Shown here one piece after another: positions 42,554 through 53,547 of a stretch of 64,000 nt of DNA. The stretch is taken from positions 6,882,001 through 6,946,000 of the forward strand of contig OX337228.1 in the NCBI GenBank assembly GCA_946965045.2. Direction: 5' to 3'. The DNA comes from Epithemia pelagica. Lineage: Eukaryota > Protista > Bacillariophyta. The position numbers were made by a program, and so were the translations under genes. Position 1 is the first letter of the stretch; every line of letters starts with the position of its first letter. The notes beneath the pieces were generated by a model. It saw only the letters and a list, made by a program, of their open reading frames with translations, ran no database searches and was not told where the DNA came from.

Positions 42554-42971
42554 CAAAACCCTGGTGGCACGAGGACTTTGTCCTTGTGTCATCAGGTATG
42601 GCATGGAGACTTCGGTCTCTGTGCCATTTGGGAAGAGTGCCATAGTTGCCCCTGGAGAATCCATTGATTCCTCCAGGCTTCCCAAATTTCACAAAATCCT
42701 GGTGGCACGAGGACTTTGTCCTTGTGTCACCAGGTATGGCATGGAGACTTCGGTCTCTGTGCCATCCCAAAATCCTGGTGGCACGAGGACTTTGTCCTTG
42801 TGTCACCAGGTATGGCATGGAGACTTCGGTCTCTGTGCCATCCCAAAATCCTGGTGGCACGAGGACTTTGTCCTTGTGTCACCAGGTATGGCATGGAGAC
42901 TTCGGTCTCTGTGCCATTCGGGAAGAGTGCCATAGTTGCCCCTGGAGAATCCATTGATTCCTCCGCTTCCC
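42554..42971 (+). repeat. Structured tandem array: four 76-bp double-hairpin units plus two ~62-nt linker modules (U-L-U-U-U-L'), copy A
   Basis: Units start at 42554, 42692, 42768 and 42844. Each has hairpin CCTGGTGGCACGAGGAC-TTT-GTCCTTGTGTCACCAGG and hairpin ATGGCATGGAGAC-TTCG-GTCTCTGTGCCAT. Confidence 0.9.
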
Positions 42972-43189
42972 TACCCGCTGTATTTAAGTGTTGGGTTGAT
43001 CGATAACGAGTGGATTAGTGTTTCGGCTAAAATGTTTCTATATAACATGTAGTGGTAACAATAGCAAGTGGAATTTTTGAACATGCACGACAACATTGCT
43101 GACTAGTGATTCCTAGGAGTAGTCGACAATCAGAGAGGATAAATGGTAATTGCTGTTTAAGTGGCTGAAGCTACTTCATGCGCTTCTTT

Positions 43190-44600
43190 GTGAGCTTTCT
43201 TGCCTTTCCTACACCAGAGCGACCCTTCTTTTTCCGGAAACTTGATGGTCCAAATCCATCATCCTATTCGTAGTCGATCTCCCTTGGCGTATTGTCCCTT
43301 TCTTATCTTTCTCTCTTTTTCAAAACACCACCACCCTCAACTACGCTCTTTAGCACCTTCATACTTGGTTCTCGTTCATTCTGCGAAACCTTCTTATTTC
43401 CAGTGGCACTCTTGTATTTTGGTTTCTTCCGATTGGACAACACATCTTTTTGCGCTATGGTTCATCCTCTCTCATTGTGTCAAATCGCTCCATAGATGCA
43501 GTCGATCGTTGAGTGACCCAGAGAGGAGAAACCGTGGAATCCTTGCCACGCTTCCTGGATGATATATCGGTCTACTCTTTTTTGTCGCCTGCAAGTCTAC
43601 TGGGACGCCAGGTATGTGGACGGTGGAACCATTGTCACGATCCATGGGTATTTGATTTCATGGAGCGACAAGTGGTGCCGCTTGCCAAGACTCTTGCACG
43701 TTCCGGATTGCGCATACCTTGTTCTGTGTGTTTCTCCATTCGGGCACGCTTTTCGCTTCGCGCTGCCGTTCCCATGGATCTGCATGAGAGGGATCCTCCT
43801 TGTTTTTGACCTCCACATAATTTGGCCATTCGTTGCTGTCGTCGTTTGCTGTTTGATATCCTCCATGACGGAACATTCATGTTCCAGTGGCTTTGTCCCA
43901 TACCGTTCGCGAGCGCTTGTTCTTTGGCAATGGAATTCCTCTCTCCCCCGCGCAAACGTTTCCCATTTCGTCTTGTTCTTTGCTTCTGGAGGAGGCTGGA
44001 ATGACCACGTACGTTGCGTGAGAGTCTGACAAACTGGACAAGAACACGAGGAACTCGACAATCGTCTGGCAGAGGCAGACGCACCATTGCCCCAGCGTCA
44101 CTCGTTTCGTTGGGGAGTTGCCACACGGCCTCTACAAGAAACTGGGCACAACCACCATTGGAGGCGTTCTGGAGTAAACAAGCCTCGTCGACACGGTCAA
44201 AGTCGAACGCAGGGGTCCACGATGCTTTGAGTTTGCTGGTTTTTGTTTCTGGTCGATTGAGAGCATATCGACGAGGTGCGCAATCATGGCCAACAACCAA
44301 TTTTTCAAATCCAAAAAGTGCCAAAGGTTCTCCGTTGGACGACACGGGCTGCCGAATTGGCGTTTCCATTGTCATTGGAGTTGCGCTTTCCGCTTCACGT
44401 TCCTGTTGTGAATTTTCCGATGCACTGGCACTTTCTTGGTCGTCCTCGACGGCAAGGCCGTCTTGGCATTCTGAACCATCAATTCCTATAGTTCCTCCAT
44501 ATTGGTTGTCACAGCAGCAACCTTATGGGACACCAATTCTCCCGTGGCGAATTCCTGTGGAGAATGAATCCGTCTTGAGAAGGACAATTCCTTGCACCAT
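43190..44600 (-). pseudogene. Pseudogene of an unknown gene ('gene X'), copy A
   Basis: Protein-like segments with stops and frameshifts (..SWTPAFD..ASNGGCAQFLVEAVWQLP..; WPNYVEVKNKEDPSHADPW..; IYHPGSVARIPRFLL..) shared with 53770-55290. Confidence 0.5.
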
Positions 44601-46106
44601 GATATTCGAGATTTTATAAAACAAACACACACACTCAAGTCCAACGAACATGGAGTAGTCGACCAAACTGATGACTGTGGATCTTTTGAGCGAGAAAAAG
44701 ATCTGAAGGATACGTGTGTTGAAAAGATACGTGTCTTGTCTACAGTATGGGCTATTCTAGAGGAAAACCACAGAAACTACCTATACTATGTTGTCGTATC
44801 GTCGACCGATTCACGAGCGACCCACTTCTGTCGTTCGAACTTGCGCGCCCACGCGAGGCGGCCCGGTGCGCGAAATGTGCGACCAAAACTTGGTAGCAGC
44901 AGGAAACCCTCCAATTAGAAGGCATACGAGTAGTGTAGTTGCCCTTTGGAATCCGCTCGATAAGGAGTACACCTCCGTGTGGTTGATTCACACTCAAGAC
45001 TCAATCTATCCTAACTAGTTCTCTGACTTTGATACCGACAGCAATGACGACTCGACGAGTTCGAGAAAGGACCGTTCTGCACAGGCGGTGGATTTGTGCC
45101 ATAAGATTTCAAGTCGATTGGCGAGCTTGATAGACCAGCACAAAGAGGAGGAGGAGGAGAATGATGATGATGGCTGCTTGGAGAAGAAGGAAGATCCAGA
45201 CCGTGTTGGTGATGGCCTTCGTTGGTCCACAGAGGCCGAGTTTCATGATCCGGACAATTCGTACGATATCAGGAGGATGACAAGCCTGCACACGACGAGA
45301 CCACAGTGAGTCTTTGAGGGCGTGCTCCAGAACGCGATGCAGAGTTTGAAGACAAGGTTCAAAACAAGAGTCGTCGTCAAGAGCAAAAGAAGACCCACCA
45401 AAAGAAAAGGCAAGACGCTCGGTTGGTGTCTTGTTTATTGAGAGTTTCGGAAAATCGTGACTCCTCCACAGTACTCAGTCGCCAACAAGCCTTGAGTCAG
45501 TCGATGCGCCCAATGGCTCAGACGACTTGTGGCCAGTGAAAAGCTGCGATTCTTTGATCGGAGTGCTGCGGATATTCGCAAGGCCTATATCGCAGCATGG
45601 TCACCCGTGTACATCCAGATCAAAATCACAATGTTCGAGCGGACCGTGCATTGCCTACAGTATTCTGTCGGATAAGAATCAACACAAAGCGTACGATGAA
45701 ACCTGGAGCGTTCAGTCCTATGATGGATGGATGGATGGATGGATGGAATGATCGACAAACGCGGCTGGCTCAAACCACACAAGCGACTCTCATGACAGTC
45801 GTACGACTTGTTACCATGGTCCAGAAAGTTGTAGGACCATTTGCCGTTCCTGTTGGAATTCTCGCGGCTGTTTTCCTTTGAAGTTGGCGTTCCATACTGT
45901 TGGAGTCGGTTCATTGTCAAGTGGAATGGTTTTGTATCAGTATGAAACTCAAACATTCAAGTGAAGCCGTAGGAGAACAACAAGGCATCTCATCCTCCTC
46001 CGACCATAGTACCAGATCCTATTACAAAAGCAGCACCACAGAGCAGCAGCGGTCCAATCTTGCATCAATTGGAACTGAATAATTTCACCTTGCAGGATGT
46101 GACACA

Positions 46107-49100
46107 ACGCACAATGGGTCAAGACAGTGAGGAAGCAGCAGAGTTTGTGGTGACGGTGCGAAATGAGCATGTGAAAATGAAAGAGTGGTACAACAGCAGC
46201 CACACCCACAGCCCGGTGACACGAATGCTACAGGACAAGTACGGTCCGTATCCCTCCATGTGGAAAGAAGTCCTGAATTGGCCAGGATGGAAGGAAACTC
46301 GGAAGGAATATCTCAAGGCAATGCAACAACAAGAAAATCGTCCAGGAGGAGTTGCCGTCAAAATTGAGAGCGACACCAATAACAATGGCACTGCTGGAGA
46401 GGCTCCCCGCAAACGAAAATCGCGATGGGGCAAAGCGGCATCCGAACCTTCGAATGGCCAGTCGGATCCTCCAGTGAACAAACGATTCGCTCCCCTACCA
46501 CCAGTCCCATCCTCACGACAACCACCCCGTGTCGTATTGCCGAGCATGTCCTTGGTCAACACCAACTTGACGCAGCAACAACAACAGGATCTCCGAACCA
46601 TGCAAGCCAAGCTTCGTGCCGTGAACGATCGTCTGGAAAATCTAGAAGTGGAAGCAGCACGTGTCGATGCGCTCCCACGAGAACATCGAGATCGATCGCC
46701 TTCGCCGCCTCCAAGTAAGTATAATCGTTTGCTCACAATCGACTTTTGTGTTGCCTTTTGGGGTTCGAATAAGAGTCCATTCCATGTTTCTTGTAGCTTA
46801 CCATCTTTTTCTTGTTTCTATATGTCTCTAGTTTACGGTGCTGATGGGAAACGAAAAAATACACGAGCGGTCCGTTGGAGGGAACGATACACGGCGGAGC
46901 GTCAAGACTTGTTGGAAAGTATCATGCGGTTATCCAACAAGGGCAACGTTGGACCCGTGTTACCAACGGGGGCGGCTTCCTTATTGGTACGACGGCGAGT
47001 CAAAAAGATTCTAGTACCCGTAGAAGAACATCCGAACTACAATTTTATTGGATTAATCATTGGACCACGAGGCAAGACGCAAAAAGAATTGGAAGCCAAG
47101 ACGGGCTGCAAAATTGCCATTCGCGGTCGGGGATCGGTCAAGGAGGGAGCTCGTGGTCGCCGGGATGGTAAAGTCATGGACGGAGACAATGAACCCTTGC
47201 ATGTGGCCATTTCGGGAGATGATCAACGTGCTGTGGATGCGGCATCGGAGATGATTGAACAAATGCTCGTCGTCATTGACGATGAAAAGAATGTGCACAA
47301 ACAACAGCAGCTTCGAGAATTGGCCCTCTTGAATGGTACATTGAAGGAAAATGATGCCTTTTGCGAAATTTGTGGTGAGAAAGGACATCGATCCTTTGAA
47401 TGTCCCAAACGATTCCTTAACAAGGGTGCCATGGGGAAAGGCATCAAGTGTGCCATTTGTGGTGACACTAGTCATCCCACACGCGATTGTACGCGACGCA
47501 ATCTGGACCCTACCAATCCTGCGGGCGGTGATGCCAACCAACAAGGAAGTGAACAAAAGATTGATTCTGAATATCTCTCTTTCATGGCTGAACTGGATGG
47601 CTAAAAGGCCAACCAGCCAGCCAACGAACCGATATCAAATGACGGTGGGGACAAACTTCCACCTCCACCACCCAATGGAAGCCTTCCACCCTTGCCGCCT
47701 GCACCGGAAGGGCCACCACCCTTACCTCCCTCTGCAGCATCGACTACCAGTGGAACTACGCAACCTCCTCGTCCCTCCGCGCATGCCCCAAATTCTTTGT
47801 ATAGAAATTTCCAACCCGAAGGAAGTATGGCACAGCCACAACAACAACAATATCATCAACAAGCAGGATATGGTGCGGGCTATAACAACCAACAGTATCA
47901 GTATGGGAGCTATGGACCACAATCACACCAGCAGCAGCCCCAACAAGCTACACCGCCACCTCAACAACAGCAGCAAGCAGCCACACCGATCAAACCAGGT
48001 GAAGAAACTGCCGGGTGGGACCCTTCTAGTTACTACGGTAGCTACGACAATGGGGGAGGAGGATTCAATTGGTGGTGATGACCATGTATCGACTTCTTCC
48101 TCGTTTCCATTCATAAAGACTAACACCTACTCCTAACTGAAATCTCTCCTTCCATAGCAAATAATAGCAGCACCATCCTTTGCTCCATATTTCGTGACCG
48201 CGTTTGGGTCGCAGATTCGGAGGACCATCCATTCACGACATGATCATCCGAATGCCTGAAAGATACCCTGATGGACAATGAACCATGAACTCCAAGTCCT
48301 TGCTATTATGCGTCCCCCTTGCTGTTTGTTTCTACGAAACTGTCTCGTTCAATGTGCAATTCATTCCTCAAACCCTCGGTGCAAATAATGTCAGGAGATT
48401 CTGTTCTGCAGCAAATTCTGTAACTTCTGTCGAAAAAGACGATTCCGAGGCTCGTCCGAAGCTGACCAAATTGTCTCGTCCAGAGCGCAAAGCCTTGGAA
48501 CGTGCAAGGAAAGCCAAAGCCTCATCGCAACAAGACGGCAATCGCAAAAGACAAACTTCCACGGTCGATTCTCCCGAATTGACGGCCGAATCCACGTCGG
48601 AGCAGGTGTTGACGGCCATTAAGAGAGCCCAAAATAGTCGAGATACAGCTCAACTCATGAGAATTGCAAAATTGTTGTTGGAGACGACAAATGACTCGTT
48701 TATGGCCAATGGTTCCCAAGGATCCTTGTTATCGCGACTGGCCGTGGCGGCCTTGCGTCTCAACAATCATGCAATCGCCACGGACGCCATTTCCTATCGT
48801 CAAAATCAGTTTCGCCATGACATGAATCCTCTGGAAAGTTGTGCGACTGTACGAAATCTATTGCGTGCTGGAAATGGGACAGAGGCGTACCAAATCCTCG
48901 AGGAGGAATTGTCGTTGCCCATGATATCAACCAACGAGGACGAAACGGCTGAAGCACAATGCAATTTGTTAAAATCTCGAGCCCAAGCCCTGGCATCCAT
49001 TGCCTCGTGGCATTTTTTCGGGGGAGAACCTCGAGCTGCAGTGTATGCGTGTCGTATAATGTGTGCCATGGGACCTGCTGTGCGCCAGGCAGAGATTTCG

Positions 49101-49403
49101 GGTTCGGAACTGGGAGTGCCCTTTTTGCGTCTCTTTCAAGGCGCCAGTCAATGTCAATCCAAGATTCGTACAGGAGACCAAATAGTCAAAGAGGCTTTCC
49201 TTGGCCCCAACAGCGAAAAAGTGAGCAAACTCCAAGTTCCCTGCAACGTAGTGTATGCCGTTTTGGATGTCATGATGACTTTACCTTCGGAAAATGACGA
49301 CCGCGTCTGCGAGGTACTTTCGAATGCCTTGGTACGCCGCGTTCTGTTTGTGACGGGGGCGGTCAACATGGATGGTTGTCCTCCACCCGATCGAGGGGAA
49401 GCG
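46107..49403. repeat. Inverted duplicate of window positions 3313 to 1 (SF1 plus the EngB 5' part)
   Basis: Reverse-complement colinearity. The SF1 end begins 7 bp upstream of the ATG (ACGCACAATGGG); the other end is set by the window edge. Confidence 0.95.
46114..48078 (+). pseudogene. SF1: SF1 copy 2 with a premature TAA at 47602-47604 (truncated protein or pseudogene); intron 46715-46831
   Basis: GGC AAA AAG in copy 1 is GGC TAA AAG here. The downstream frame stays open to the original stop at 48078. Confidence 0.85.
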
Positions 49404-50092
49404 GCCTTTATCGGAAGAAGCAATGTGGGCAAGAGTAGCTTGGTCAATGCCGTGACGAACCGCAAAGCACTGGCCTATACTAGCAAACGACTCGGCAAGA
49501 CACAACAGTTCAACTTTTTTGCCGTCAATGACAAGGTCGGTCGAGAACAAGAAATCAAATACGGCGACATGGTGCATGGAAGCAAGGATGCAGATTCGTT
49601 CTATATGGTAGACGTAAGTGAAATTGCTGTTTCGTGGGTCTGGAAAGAGTCTCATTGCGCGCTCGTTCTCACACGTGCTGCTTCTACGAGCTTCCCGGAT
49701 TTGGCTACGCCAGGGTACCAGAGAAACAACGCCAAGAATGGTCCTCCTTTATGCAAGAATACATTGCAACTCGCCCAACCCTACGAGTCTTGTAGCACTT
49801 GATTGATAGTAGGCATGGTCCAACCGAAGAGGATGCCGCTATTATGAAGCACGTCGAGGAAAACATTCCTCCCACAGCCAAATATGTAATTGTCCTAACA
49901 AAGGCGGATAAGAATAGCAAAGGAGCACCGGGAAACTATTCTGGAAAGGTATCCAACGATGTCATGAACAAGCTGCGCCAGGTAATGGGAGAAACGTTAC
50001 AGCATGATGTTCCTGTTGTTTTGACATCGGCGGAAAGCAAGCTCGGCAGAGATAAAATGTGGAGCTATCTTCGCCGTGCTGCCATTTCCTAA
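48285..50092 (+). pseudogene. engB: EngB copy 3: full-length with presequence, but nonsense TAG at 49793-49795; intron 49614-49690
   Basis: After splicing it reads DLPGFGYA..LRVL*HLIDSRHGP (TTT in copy 2, TAG here). G2 reads RLGKTQ instead of RPGKTQ. Confidence 0.85.
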
Positions 50093-50120
50093 ACTGTAGC
50101 GCACGGTTCTCTAAAGTCTA

Positions 50121-51800
50121 TCAACTGGTTTCGGTCCCTTGTTTCCCCGACGACATGACCCAATCCGTCATGCGATTCAGTTTCCAATGACTCAGATCGA
50201 CCTTGTTCCGTTCGGCCAGGGCAAGCACTTTCAAAAACAGCAGTGTTGCCGGTTCGCCATTGGAACCAATTTCTTCGCAGATAATGTTCAAAACAATTTC
50301 ATAGGCGCGATGTGACGGTGGATCATCGATATCGTACAGCATTTCGACCTTCGAACCTCGGTGGCATTCATTAACAGGGGAGTGGTAAGACTGTCCATTT
50401 TTACCAAGAGATCCCATGCTTTCTTGGACCAATATAGTTCCTCTGGGGGCGTTTCTCCTTTTTGCTTAGCTTCTTGCCAATAAGCCCATAGGACACGTTT
50501 GTAGTCGGCTCCTTTTACTTGTACATCACCGCCCCCAATCAGGGTTCGCAGCTCCAAGTGCGCCAGCCATGTCGTAAAGTGTTGTCCCACTTGCGGAGGA
50601 GAAATGAGGGTGAGCAGCGTCGTATGTTGCGAGGTGCTGGTTAATGACTCCGACTTGGACATGGACGAATCCAGCAAGGCCATGACAAATTCCACGTCAC
50701 TGACAGAGTTTCGATCGGATTTGGGTGTGTCGCATAATAATGGCAGAGCAGATGTTTGCACTGTTCAAGGTACCACCCAGACAGAGGAACTGGAGGACTT
50801 TTTCGGTTTGCGAGGCATCCAAAATGGTAAAGGTGGGATCTTGTTTGAGTGCAATGTCCAAGAGCTCGATAAAGCGTTCCGAAGCCTCTCGACAATATTC
50901 GGGCAAGGTGAATCCAATTCCTGCCGGAGTGGATTACGACGATGTGGTTGTTGAGCTTGGAGCAAACGGGCAAACGAAAAGAGCATGGGTCGCAACACGT
51001 TGAGAGTGGTGGATTGTCCCACTTTGGTATACTCGTGAATCGCCGTATCCGATTTGGAGTTTTTCGGATTGTCGTCTGGTTTCGATTCAGAGTCTGCTTC
51101 TTCTTCTTCTTCTTCTTCTTCTTTTTGTGCACGACCGGTCAAAAAGTTGACAATGCTGGATGCGGTGCAACCCTCGAAGAGCCGCCAGTGCCAAATCCAA
51201 GAGTTGCATTTGAGTTCGTCTCTGTTTTCGGTAGGTGGTTCGTCGTCAAGGGAAAGCTTTGGTTTGGACGACACAGCCCCATCTCGCACAAAGGACTCGA
51301 ATCATATGGTCCTCTCGACTGTGCACCACGGCACTCTTTTCAATGGCAACTTGCGCCTTGCAAATCGCTTCGTCGAATGATTTGGAGGCACCATCAAAGT
51401 CACCTTGCTTCAGAAGCGCCCGACCATGTCGTGTTAAGAGTTTCACTTCGAGCGGTGGCCCCCATCTCTAGAGAAATGCTCTCCGTTTTTGGAAATGTGC
51501 TTAAGGCCATCACGGCAATCACAGGCCGACACTTCAAATAGACCCAATCATTAACAGTGAGGCTGCTCGTTTCGAATGGAGAACTGCTAACAAATCTCCC
51601 AATTGGATACAAGCTGGGCTTTCGGATAGCATTCTAATACCATGGTATAATGGCGAATTGAAGTCCCGTAGTCACCTTTCATGTAGCACCTTTCATGAAG
51701 CACCTTTCATGAAGCACCTTTCATGTAGCATCGACGAGCGTCTTCCTTGATTGCCGCAATGGAATTCTTCATCTCCATTCTTGCGACCGTGTCACGATGC
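50121..51800 (-). pseudogene. TPR-repeat protein pseudogene, copy B
   Basis: Same fragments and most of the same lesions as copy A. It has a longer GAA (poly-Glu) run and lacks one stop/deletion found in copy A. Confidence 0.7.
51673..51728. repeat. 14-bp tandem repeat CACCTTTCATG(T/A)AG x4
   Basis: Read directly. Confidence 0.9.
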
Positions 51801-52045
51801 CCCTCTGTTGTGGAACTGCACCCGACGGTTGATTGTTGCGCCGAACTCCGTTGCCCTCGAGGAACGTGTTGTTGCCGTAGAGGTGCGTGCAAGACTGCCC
51901 CGACGGTTGATTGTTGCGCTGTGTTAAACCGACCCCGCTGCCTCGCAGCTCCAGGGTCCGATCGCCAATCAACACGAAACGCCAACAACAACACGCAACA
52001 ATCCAACACGCACAAAAAACAAATACGAACGAAATACGATTGACC

Positions 52046-52966
52046 ATGATGATGTGTGATTGTGATTACTGTTACGAAAAGATGATCAGCTCCGAATGGG
52101 CTCTGTTAGTTGCTCCTTTTGTGGTTCTCATACTGTGTTACGGTGTCGCTGATGTCCTCGATGAGGCGAAACTTATCGTCCAACACCTGCTTCGGGTCAT
52201 TTTCAGCAAGAAAAGTCGTACTACAAGTAGCGAAACTGCGGAGCTTCGACACGAACATGCGGAGCTTCGACAGCTTCGACACGACAAAGCTCAGCTTCAA
52301 CAACAGCTGGCCATTGCCGAAGCTAAGCAACAAAAAGAAATTGCAGCGAAGGATGGAGCCTACAAGAAGCTTCGTCGCGAGAATGCGGCGCTTCGAGTGA
52401 GGAAAGTGCGGTCTGGCCGAAAGCTTCGACGCGAAAATGCTCAGCTTCAACAACAGCTTGCTGTTGCCGAAGCAAAGCTTGCTGCGAAGCAACGCGAGAA
52501 TGGTCGCCACGAGGATGGAGAGATCGAGATTCGCGATCGCGAGGAGGAGGTCGACGTCGACACTGTTGCTGTTCTGCCTTGCGAGTTCGACGCTGACTTG
52601 GACTTCCCTCCTCTCGCACTCGCAGACGATCTCGAGGACGACGAGGAGACCCCTCTAGTTCCAGTGGACCGTCCTGAGCCTGAACCCGCGCTCATCCCCG
52701 ACAACGACGACGAAATCACTTTGGGGCACGACTCACCCCCTCGAAAGTCCACCCCTCCTTCCCCCTACCCCACCCCCACTGAAAAAGATACCTCGCCTCA
52801 GATGGATGAGAATGCCCCCCAGAGCGTGATCGAGAGTTCCGCCGGCCCCGAGAACACCCCACATTTGGGCAGAATCCTTACTGTTGCCTACTCCAAAAAG
52901 GCACGCCGAATGGTTCACGTTCGACGATCCGCTCGTCTTTTGTCAGCGGGTACGGGTAAAAAATAG
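52046..52966 (+). CDS. Intact orphan ORF, 306 aa, copy B
   Basis: Differs from copy A only near the N-terminus (N/D, F/L, HT/TA). Confidence 0.7.
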   Translation: MMMCDCDYCYEKMISSEWALLVAPFVVLILCYGVADVLDEAKLIVQHLLRVIFSKKSRTTSSETAELRHEHAELRQLRHDKAQLQQQLAIAEAKQQKEIAAKDGAYKKLRRENAALRVRKVRSGRKLRRENAQLQQQLAVAEAKLAAKQRENGRHEDGEIEIRDREEEVDVDTVAVLPCEFDADLDFPPLALADDLEDDEETPLVPVDRPEPEPALIPDNDDEITLGHDSPPRKSTPPSPYPTPTEKDTSPQMDENAPQSVIESSAGPENTPHLGRILTVAYSKKARRMVHVRRSARLLSAGTGKK

Positions 52967-53205
52967 AAAAACAGAAAAATAACATGTCGGTTGTCGGTTG
53001 CCAGTGGTACGTGCGCACGTTCGTGTCGGTTATGAATCTTTCCATACTCTCACTCTACCCCTTCTTCTGTTTCTAGCGATTGCAAAATTCTACTCCTACT
53101 CCTACATCAGCTGAGTCTAGCTCGAGTCCTTGTCGGAGATGTCCTTGTTGGTTTGTTGGTTTGTTGGTGTGTTGGTTGTCGGTGTGTTGGTTGTCGGTGT
53201 TATCA

Positions 53206-53547
53206 CAAAACCCTGGTGGCACGAGGACTTTGTCCTTGTGTCATCAGGTATGGCATGGAGACTTCGGTCTCTGTGCCATTTGGGAAGAGTGCCATAGTTG
53301 CCCCTGGAGAATCCATTGATTCCTCCAGGCTTCCCAAATTTCACAAAATCCTGGTGGCACGAGGACTTTGTCCTTGTGTCACCAGGTATGGCATGGAGAC
53401 TTCGGTCTCTGTGCCATCCCAAAATCCTGGTGGCACGAGGACTTTGTCCTTGTGTCACCAGGTATGGCATGGAGACTTCGGTCTCTGTGCCATTCGGGAA
53501 GAGTGCCATAGTTGCCCCTGGAGAATCCATTGATTCCTCCGCTTCCC
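53206..53547 (+). repeat. Structured hairpin array, copy B: three 76-bp units (U-L-U-U-L')
   Basis: Units start at 53206, 53344 and 53420, exactly one unit fewer than copy A. Confidence 0.9.

Larger units (their letters stand above)
38058..45024. repeat. ~7-kb segmental duplication, copy A (direct repeat of 48648-55653)
   Basis: Colinear, near-identical sequence and ORF track (EngB 3' part, TPR pseudogene, 306-aa ORF, hairpin array, gene-X pseudogene). Shared sequence ends at ACTAGTTCTCT. Confidence 0.95.

Noticed and set aside
42570-42600. CTGATGA on the - strand as a hammerhead ribozyme core
   Set aside because: It occurs only in the variant first unit, and no GAAA or stem III follows stem II.
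42554-42971. Hairpin array as a CRISPR array
   Set aside because: The units are directly adjacent with no unique spacers, no cas genes are present, and the context is eukaryotic.
42428-43006. ORFs across the 76-bp array (e.g. 42465-42860, 42501-42935, 42646-42957, and copies at 53080-53582)
   Set aside because: The unit is not a multiple of three and all frames simply cycle the same peptides. These are by-products of a stop-poor repeat.
41175-43095. TGTTGT...ACAACA ends as LTR or TIR termini of the ORF-plus-array segment
   Set aside because: The match is only 6-7 bp in a CAA/TTG-rich context, the flanks (CCCTC vs TTGCT) give no target-site duplication, and no transposase or RT is present.
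43560-43700. WVFDFMERQVVPLAKTL as a remnant of a guanylate cyclase/PDEase C-terminus
   Set aside because: The resemblance is short with no flanking support, and the opposite strand explains the region better as the gene-X pseudogene.
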